Source: a virus
Lineage: Duplodnaviria; Caudoviricetes
IMG/VR virus record: IMGVR_UViG_3300014204_000145
Location: 26,834 to 90,833 of that record
Direction: 5' to 3' (one strand)
DNA: 64,000 nucleotides
The notes beneath the pieces were generated by a model that was given only the letters and a program-made list of their open reading frames with translations, did not search any database and was not told the origin of the DNA. The position numbers and the translations under genes are program-made. Below are positions 58,101-64,000 of this stretch, piece by piece; position 1 is the stretch's first letter, and each line of letters begins with the position of its first letter.

Positions 58101-59849
58101 CTTGCTCAAGAAGAAGTAGATGAAGTTAAAGCTGATACTCTACAAACTATAGCTACTCAAATAGCTTCTACAGAAATTGTAGAAGAAGAACTAATAGTAC
58201 CTACAACTTTAGGTATAGAATTTAGTGATGAAGTAGAAGATTTTGATATACCTGCTGAAGATGCTGCTAATAGAATTAGGTATGGTGGATTAACTTCTCA
58301 AGAGATTATTAAAGAATGGTTAGAAGAAACTTTAGATACAGATAAAGTAGGTATGAAAGTTTCTTTTCAATTAGATACTACAGCTACAGATAAAGCATCT
58401 TTAAAAGCTTTAGCAGCATATAAATCAGGAAATAGAGATAAAGAAACTTTAGCTTTTCTTCCTATTAAAACTATTATACTAGATGCACAAGGTAAAGAGC
58501 TTTACTATAAAGACAGAAGAGTAGAAGCTTACTATCCTACAACAGCTACTTTAGAAGGTGAAGATATTACTAAGAACTTAGAAGGTAGAAAAACTATTAT
58601 AAATGCAATAACTCAAGGTAAAGCACCTAAAGCTAAGATTAACTATGTAGGCTCAGGTAAATACAAAAGTACAGAAGACAACAGAAATGTAGAAGAAGTA
58701 TTTGGTAAAGGTGCTACACTACTTATGTCAGATGGACACTACTTATACGAATCATATAGTAAGAATAATAAGAAGATAGCAGAAACTAAAGGTGATAAAA
58801 TGATTTCTAATGCAGAGAATAATGGTTATATCTTTGCTAAGACTTTAGCTCCTAATGGTAAAAGTTATCCTGTGAGATTAAATGCTAGATTTTTAAATGA
58901 AAATGAGATTAACGTAATCTGGAAATCTCTAAGTAATATATTAGGAGGTCAAAATCCTGCTGCAGAATTTAAACAAAGTGGTTTTAAAGATGTTTCAAAT
59001 AGAGACGTATTAAATATGTTGATACACGTAGGGCCTAAGACTAAATATAACACTAAACCATTCTTTGTAGACTTTAAAGCAGGTGTTCTGTCTGTTGCAG
59101 GAAAAGATATACCTTTTAATAGTGTAAATGAAACTGAGATTAAAGCTTATTTAAGAGGTATGAGAAGAACTACAGATTCAAGAGCTATTAACAGCACTAT
59201 GAATAATATCAAACCTGAAGTTTTTACTTTCTTTGGTAAAGAAATACAACCTACAGATTCTTATAATTCTTTTATGTTTTCTGACAATGCTTTAGAAACA
59301 AATACTGTAGGCGAAGATGGTAAAGTATTTAAACACCCTAGAGTAGAACTTAACGATATAAGTCAATGGAGTGGTACAGAAGTTAAAATAACAAATGCAC
59401 CTGTTATTGAAACACCTACTATAACTGAAGATACTACAGCACAACCTAAAGTAGAAGGTAGAGTAAGAGGTGAGAAAGCTGCTAAACAAACTGTAGCAAA
59501 TATACAAAGTACTGTGTTAGAAGAAACTCAACAAGTTAGTCCTATTACAGAAAGTATAGATGAAAGTGTATGGGATGCTTTTAATACTTTTGGTGCTCCT
59601 GCTAATATAGCAAGTAATATTGTTAATAAGATGAAAGGTAAACAGATACTATCTAAAAGAGAATATACTATAGCTAAAGAAGAAAATTTAGAAGGATTTA
59701 ACAATTTAGACCAAAATAATGTATCTTTGGCTTTCGAGAGAGCGAAAAATGCTGTTTCACTTATTGAAGCAGGTTTCTCAGAAGGAGATATTAGAAACAT
59801 GACACAACAACAAGTTATGGAAGAAATAAAAAAAGTTTGTGAACGTTAA
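55122..59849 (+). CDS. Giant virion/ejected protein of the RNA polymerase locus
   Basis: 1575 aa; Gly-rich hydrophobic segments, EMVEEFGQ, long coiled coils; synteny. Confidence 0.65.
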   Translation: MPKTLEELRIERDAALKAANEQQKAQVKEDVKQGVIPQELHQNTFRAGTLNERTTDEIREAGLDVTEKLNDPTFDKKAIDQLFYDNQSWYGNLGRSVARAPFVGSAQAARGFTYLLDATSMFGPVLTNIEQLFNEDVIGGKGTWDKTTNSFAEYLKGLEENARADQFLGMDSNWADPSKDYKVETFDRNWWSQGVGGALESAVSFGMIGGGVGMGMKALVSKAALAPLLEQAVVKGASALATNYVESVISSDQLYDDVYIQVLDKTKDETQAKKAAWTAQRKYILENKIWAVGDYIALGGILSGKGMLDETFKRSFAQNAIKTAKSVGNEMVEEFGQDWSATEIKRNALINNGIIKEQEGDDTPLAYADRMWSFAKNEGWESAFWGGVGGPMQSSLSRLVGMKELRRSSEDPGIFNEQEPTAPSSKKPNVSQDPGSYSDWVEGKYMTKKLDVETLSKAKSGEIEIESGDLDNYKMQQETFKKDYESNKEAYDEHKQYEKSVEDYGFRKAEHEQKVKEYNNKKVLENTGTVKQAVEDVQAYIKSEAELKDSYKKAMETGDDITMQDIENQRMEMLFLRYAKRGAVGGGPGSLQHQLKEVAEKKAESPEEQEQKEIAKKFLEAIPEFRKQYIEMLRDKNKSKMIDFAFKNKARLASTEKVLQTLDAEIQKDILELANKSVATQGEAIDYDVLKTVSLGQEEIALKQVIERLGKNDTEASGALKGLLQNKVDALAKQKDELLETLKENPKKLDTISKLSKEKEFLTKLNKDIANKANAYEAYEGYSLMQKGIDSGDILKKANRTEVDFLNEAIDKADTLQRIKEIDTYLQSGEDTLNSFQRSRLGKAMAHKRGVIAFKQKQKEQELEIREKAREIIKENTNHINEEYLSPSRHIKNFKKMLKGLSSAELEQNKESIMKDIDSVIKYASAYKATSRVEQKIIQTLLKRELAKKEILTQYLTDKTIPQVEVQQEVTPLDNVVEKVLDGQDLNSEDLTTLAQEEVDEVKADTLQTIATQIASTEIVEEELIVPTTLGIEFSDEVEDFDIPAEDAANRIRYGGLTSQEIIKEWLEETLDTDKVGMKVSFQLDTTATDKASLKALAAYKSGNRDKETLAFLPIKTIILDAQGKELYYKDRRVEAYYPTTATLEGEDITKNLEGRKTIINAITQGKAPKAKINYVGSGKYKSTEDNRNVEEVFGKGATLLMSDGHYLYESYSKNNKKIAETKGDKMISNAENNGYIFAKTLAPNGKSYPVRLNARFLNENEINVIWKSLSNILGGQNPAAEFKQSGFKDVSNRDVLNMLIHVGPKTKYNTKPFFVDFKAGVLSVAGKDIPFNSVNETEIKAYLRGMRRTTDSRAINSTMNNIKPEVFTFFGKEIQPTDSYNSFMFSDNALETNTVGEDGKVFKHPRVELNDISQWSGTEVKITNAPVIETPTITEDTTAQPKVEGRVRGEKAAKQTVANIQSTVLEETQQVSPITESIDESVWDAFNTFGAPANIASNIVNKMKGKQILSKREYTIAKEENLEGFNNLDQNNVSLAFERAKNAVSLIEAGFSEGDIRNMTQQQVMEEIKKVCER

Positions 59850-59860
59850 AAATTAATAAG

Positions 59861-60343
59861 ATGTTAGATAAGAAGACAATAGATATTCTGAATTACAGAA
59901 TAAATCAAGAACAACTCTCAAGTAGAATATACGAACAGATGAGTTTGTGGTTAGATAATAAAGGTTTAAAAAACTTTGCTAAATTATATGAAAAGTATTC
60001 TAATGAAGAATTGCTTCATGCGGACTTCTCTAAGGACTTTTTATTAGCGTATGGTATAACACCTACTTTACAAAAGTTAGAGGCTCCTGAGGCATCTTTT
60101 GAATGTTTAACAGATATTATAGACCTTACTTTAGAACATGAGCAAGAGATTACAAGACAGTGTAATGAATTGAATATTTTTGCTTGTGAAACAAAACTAG
60201 GTACTTTACAAACTCTTGCTTTAAAATACTTATCAGAACAAATAGAAGAGTTAGATAAGGCACAAAATCTTTGTGACATGTCTAAGTTGACTACTGATTT
60301 AATGATATTTGATAATTATGTAGGTGAAAACCTTTTAGACTAA
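59861..60343 (+). CDS. Non-heme ferritin-like protein
   Basis: INQEQLSSRIY, NEELLHA, EHEQEI, EQIEE match the ferroxidase-centre layout of FtnA-type ferritins. Confidence 0.85.
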   Translation: MLDKKTIDILNYRINQEQLSSRIYEQMSLWLDNKGLKNFAKLYEKYSNEELLHADFSKDFLLAYGITPTLQKLEAPEASFECLTDIIDLTLEHEQEITRQCNELNIFACETKLGTLQTLALKYLSEQIEELDKAQNLCDMSKLTTDLMIFDNYVGENLLD

Positions 60344-60354
60344 AACTTTAACAT

Positions 60355-63300
60355 ATGATAAGTTGCCCTTTAAAATCTTTAAAGTCTTGGAAAAGTCTTG
60401 TTAAAGAAGTAGGAAGTACAAGTATTGCACATTCTTTGTGGGATGCTTATGAAGGTAATGTACCTCAAGAAGCTATAGATAGATATTTAGTATCTGAAAA
60501 ACCTGTACAAAAACAGACAGAAGATGTATTATTTTCTAGAGTACATCCTGCATTACAGAAAGTTAAAAATAAAGAACAATTAGAAAAAGTTATACAGATT
60601 GCTATAAAAGGTAAACCAAGTTATCAAGAAGCTTTTACACAAAGGCGTTACAGACATAATGGAGAACTCTTTATATGGGTTAAAAAGACTACTAAAAACG
60701 GTACTACAGATTTAGTTGCATATAATAAAGCATTAAAACTTATTAATAAATGGAATTATGAACTTAATCATGATATCTTTTCTTTAAGCGGAAAAGAATT
60801 TTTACCTGATGACAGAACAAATGGGTATAATTCAGGTAAGGCTTTTAAATTAGAAATTAACTATGAGCTTTTTGAAGAAGCTAGAGATATTTTAGATGGC
60901 ATGTATGATTCTTCGATATATATGAATGATGAAGACAGTCTTATAGCAAACTTATTTAAAGGAGATAAAGCATTAAAGAACTTCTCACCTATTATGAAGG
61001 ATACTTCATGGGACGATAGAAGAGCTGTTGATATGCAAAAAGAAGTAGAAATATTAGGTAGAACACTACCTAATATACCTGTTAATATAAAGAAAGGACT
61101 ATTAAGAATTCCAGGTGGACTTTCTGAAGGAACACTTTATGAAGGATTTATTAATTTATATACAGGAGCTAAAGAAGGGGTTGGAATGCATGAAGCTTTC
61201 CATGCTGTAACTCAAATGTATTTAGATGGAGAAGCAAGAGAAGACTTATATAAAGAAGCTAAAGAGATATACGGACTACAAGGTTTAGATAATGCTGAAA
61301 TAGAAGAGAGATTAGCTGAAGAGTTTAGAGACTATATGATTACTAATGAATATAGTAAAAGCTCTTTAATTAAAAAATTCTTTGATGGATTAAAACAATT
61401 GATGAACTTCTTTAGAGGTATTTTTAATATTGAAAAAGGAGAAGATTTAGATGCAGTACAAAGATTATTTAGAGATATACAACAAGGTAGATTTGCTTAC
61501 CCTCCTATTAATAGAATGAAAGGTACTAAACTACATTCAGCTATTAATACAGAGAGATTAAACTTACCTTCAGATTTAGTTCGAGATACCGTACAAGGTG
61601 CTGCTTACCAATTCTTCAAGATGTCTAACTTACCAGGTTTAAGTAGCGAATTTGATATGGCTGCTAATATGGATGGTGTAGAAAATGTGCTTGTAGACGT
61701 ATTTAATCATTTTTATGATAAAGCTGATGAGGCTGCTGAAGCAGGTAATATGGAAGTAGCTTCTAAAATAGATACAGTATTACTACCTGAAAATTGGGAT
61801 AAATTAAAACCTCTTATTTTAGCTGAAGTTACTAAATGGAACTTTACAGTATATAATGAGAAAGTAGAAGAAGATGCTGAAGAAAAACAAGAAGAGAATC
61901 TTCAAGGAGATTTAAACATAATAAATGCTGTTAACCAATCTATTAAACAGAATGCATCAGGTAATACAAAAGCTTTAGTAGCTATGTTACAAGATACATC
62001 TAAGACCTCTGCACATTTTGGTACTTATATACCAAGATTAGCAGACTTTAATAAGACTTGGTCTATATTAGTGAATGGTTTAGCTAATACAGCAGCAACT
62101 AAAAGTGCCACAAACGTTGAAAATATGCTTTCTAAGCTTAAAAAACTATCAGAGAGCTATACACCGCTTGTAGAACTTGTAACTGTCTTAGAAAGCGAGA
62201 AAACAGCTTTAAATAAGAAGATAGGTTTTTATAGAACTTTTGATAAAACATTACAGAATTATACTACAACTCTTTCAGAAGAGGTTGGTACAGATATTTA
62301 TAAGTCTAAAGTAGTAAGTTCAGATGCACAAAGTTCAGAAAAACAAATAGTAAGAGGTTGGGTTGCAGGTTACACTCAAGAGAACTTTACACAAAATGCT
62401 TTAACTAGTAAAGCTAGATTAGCACTTAATGTTGCTAAAGGGGTATTTAATTCATTATATAGTGAAGCCTTAGACATAAGACAACCTTTAACAAGAGAAA
62501 ACTACCCACTTGAAATACAAAAAGTACTTTCACATGTAGGTATCGATATGAAAGTAGAAGCAGTTAAAGATTTCTTAAACTCTTTTGGTAATACTAAAAG
62601 AAGAGATAATCTTAGAGATGCTTTAATAAAATTACAACCTTTATTCGTATCTAAAGAAGGGTACGGAAGAAAGTCTATAGATAAATACTTTGAGAGAAAA
62701 GTAACTGATAAAGAAGGTAATGTAATTAAAACCTTTGAACCTATAGAATTTAATCCTGATAGTTTCTTTTTAACAGATAACAATTCTATACTTAGTACAC
62801 TAGCTTCTTTTCAAGCTCCTCATGTAGGATTACAATCAGAAGATATGGTAAGAGGTGCTGATGGTAAGAGTTATTATAAAGTTACACTAAATAATTATGT
62901 AAGTAGAACAGTTAGTGAATGGAAAGCTGACTCATCTTTAGTAAGAGATTTAAAGAAAAAGTCTTATCATAAAGGTTCTCATTGGTTAAATATTATTGCA
63001 GATAGAATAGAAAACAAGAAAGAGTTTGGTATCAAAACTTTCTTACAAAATAAATTACAGGACTCTGAAGATGTAGGACAAATATATACAGAGTTAGAAC
63101 CAGTAGATGATACGTTAGAAAGAATGTATCGTGTACTAAAATCTTATAATGGTGATGCAGTATCTTATGGAGCTGATTATTCACCTTTAACTATTGGAGA
63201 TAAATCTGTATGGAATTTCATACATGGTATGCCTTTCTATAAACTAGGATTAAAAAGTAAAAGTGATTTAAAAACAACATCACCTATGGTATCTATATTC

Positions 63301-64000
63301 TATAATTATGCTTTAGCAGAATTAGAAAGAATTAGTTACAACTTAAAAAATCCTTCTAAAGTTGTTATATACAATAACAAATCTAAAGAATCGTTTTGGT
63401 TTAAAGAATTATCAAGAGGAGGTTCAGTTGCAGAACAATTGCAATTATTTAATGTAGATGGTTCTCTTAACTTAAACGAACAAGGTATTAAAGAATATAT
63501 TGTAAAATCTTTACAAGATACTTTAGATAAAGAGGTTAAGAAAATATACGACTTAGGTATTGTTAAAAAGAATAGCATAACAGGATTAAGTCTTGATGTA
63601 CAGATGAATTATGAAGCTGCTAAAGAAGGTGTATATCCTATGTTAAGTGATTACATCCTTAATCAAATGGTAGCTAATATTGAGACTACAATGTTATTTA
63701 CAGGAGACCCTGCATATTATAAAGATTTATCTAAACGTATACAAGAAATAACATCAACAGGAGACGGTCTTATAGAACTTGAAGGAAATATACCTAAAAC
63801 ATTTAAGTTAGGTGTAATGACTACTACAGTTCGTAATTTAAAAGAAGAAGACCCAACTTGGTATAAAAATACTAAGGAAGCTCTTGCTACAAATATAAAA
63901 TCAAGAAAGAAACTTTCTAAAGAAGCTGCAGAGCAAGAAGCTGATGAAATATTAAAACCTTATACTGAACTTAAACAAGATGACGGACAAGGTTGGATAA
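60355..64000 (+). CDS. Giant virion RNA polymerase, N-terminal part with zincin domain; runs off the right edge
   Basis: Not in the ORF track. Starts MISCPLK at 60355; HEAFH at 61189-61203; the same frame reads ...DDGQGWI at the window end (frame spot-checked); synteny with the crAss vRNAP gene. Confidence 0.75.
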   Translation, partial: MISCPLKSLKSWKSLVKEVGSTSIAHSLWDAYEGNVPQEAIDRYLVSEKPVQKQTEDVLFSRVHPALQKVKNKEQLEKVIQIAIKGKPSYQEAFTQRRYRHNGELFIWVKKTTKNGTTDLVAYNKALKLINKWNYELNHDIFSLSGKEFLPDDRTNGYNSGKAFKLEINYELFEEARDILDGMYDSSIYMNDEDSLIANLFKGDKALKNFSPIMKDTSWDDRRAVDMQKEVEILGRTLPNIPVNIKKGLLRIPGGLSEGTLYEGFINLYTGAKEGVGMHEAFHAVTQMYLDGEAREDLYKEAKEIYGLQGLDNAEIEERLAEEFRDYMITNEYSKSSLIKKFFDGLKQLMNFFRGIFNIEKGEDLDAVQRLFRDIQQGRFAYPPINRMKGTKLHSAINTERLNLPSDLVRDTVQGAAYQFFKMSNLPGLSSEFDMAANMDGVENVLVDVFNHFYDKADEAAEAGNMEVASKIDTVLLPENWDKLKPLILAEVTKWNFTVYNEKVEEDAEEKQEENLQGDLNIINAVNQSIKQNASGNTKALVAMLQDTSKTSAHFGTYIPRLADFNKTWSILVNGLANTAATKSATNVENMLSKLKKLSESYTPLVELVTVLESEKTALNKKIGFYRTFDKTLQNYTTTLSEEVGTDIYKSKVVSSDAQSSEKQIVRGWVAGYTQENFTQNALTSKARLALNVAKGVFNSLYSEALDIRQPLTRENYPLEIQKVLSHVGIDMKVEAVKDFLNSFGNTKRRDNLRDALIKLQPLFVSKEGYGRKSIDKYFERKVTDKEGNVIKTFEPIEFNPDSFFLTDNNSILSTLASFQAPHVGLQSEDMVRGADGKSYYKVTLNNYVSRTVSEWKADSSLVRDLKKKSYHKGSHWLNIIADRIENKKEFGIKTFLQNKLQDSEDVGQIYTELEPVDDTLERMYRVLKSYNGDAVSYGADYSPLTIGDKSVWNFIHGMPFYKLGLKSKSDLKTTSPMVSIFYNYALAELERISYNLKNPSKVVIYNNKSKESFWFKELSRGGSVAEQLQLFNVDGSLNLNEQGIKEYIVKSLQDTLDKEVKKIYDLGIVKKNSITGLSLDVQMNYEAAKEGVYPMLSDYILNQMVANIETTMLFTGDPAYYKDLSKRIQEITSTGDGLIELEGNIPKTFKLGVMTTTVRNLKEEDPTWYKNTKEALATNIKSRKKLSKEAAEQEADEILKPYTELKQDDGQGWI

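Noticed and set aside
29504-63578. Minus-strand ORFs in the right arm, plus nested out-of-frame ORFs 36463-36687 and 4766-4996
   Set aside because: Shadows of conserved structural or enzyme genes; no independent support.
1-64000. Stop-codon reassignment (TAG or TGA), known in some crAss-like phages
   Set aside because: Long genes are open in the standard code, coding density is high, and no suppressor tRNA was found.
1-64000. CRISPR array, DGR/reverse transcriptase, group I/II introns, inteins, integrase or transposase
   Set aside because: No repeat-spacer array or diagnostic motifs seen; TerL, portal and MCP are uninterrupted and of expected size.

Overview
AT-rich 64-kb segment of a crAss-like (Crassvirales-type) Bacteroidota phage, read in the standard genetic code, with two divergent arms meeting at a ~1.2-kb non-coding switch region (~27.55-28.8 kb). 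The left arm (minus strand, 1-27.5 kb) holds replication/early and accessory genes: a partial family-A DNA polymerase, an M28-type peptidase with a poly-zinc-ribbon protein, two metallophosphoesterases, a dNMP kinase, a DnaA-domain-IV-like protein, a 3D-domain protein, two large modular proteins each paired with a helical partner, and many small or membrane ORFs. It also carries five tRNA/tRNA-like genes and dense clusters of non-coding elements closed by terminal inverted repeats. The right arm (plus strand) is the canonical crAss late module: GroES, RepL-like, IHF-like, terminase, portal, scaffold, major capsid, ring/auxiliary capsid proteins, muzzle, ejected cargo proteins, a ferritin, and the N-terminal part of the giant virion RNA polymerase. 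The most striking unexplained signals are (i) two integron-cassette-like units with attC-like sites at 5.8-6.6 kb and no integrase in the window, (ii) a head-to-tail array of terminal-stem-closed structured elements, one with an H-type pseudoknot, at 21-23 kb, and (iii) four tRNA-shaped genes whose anticodon arms are all aberrant. All assignments come from motif recognition and hand folding; no searches were run.
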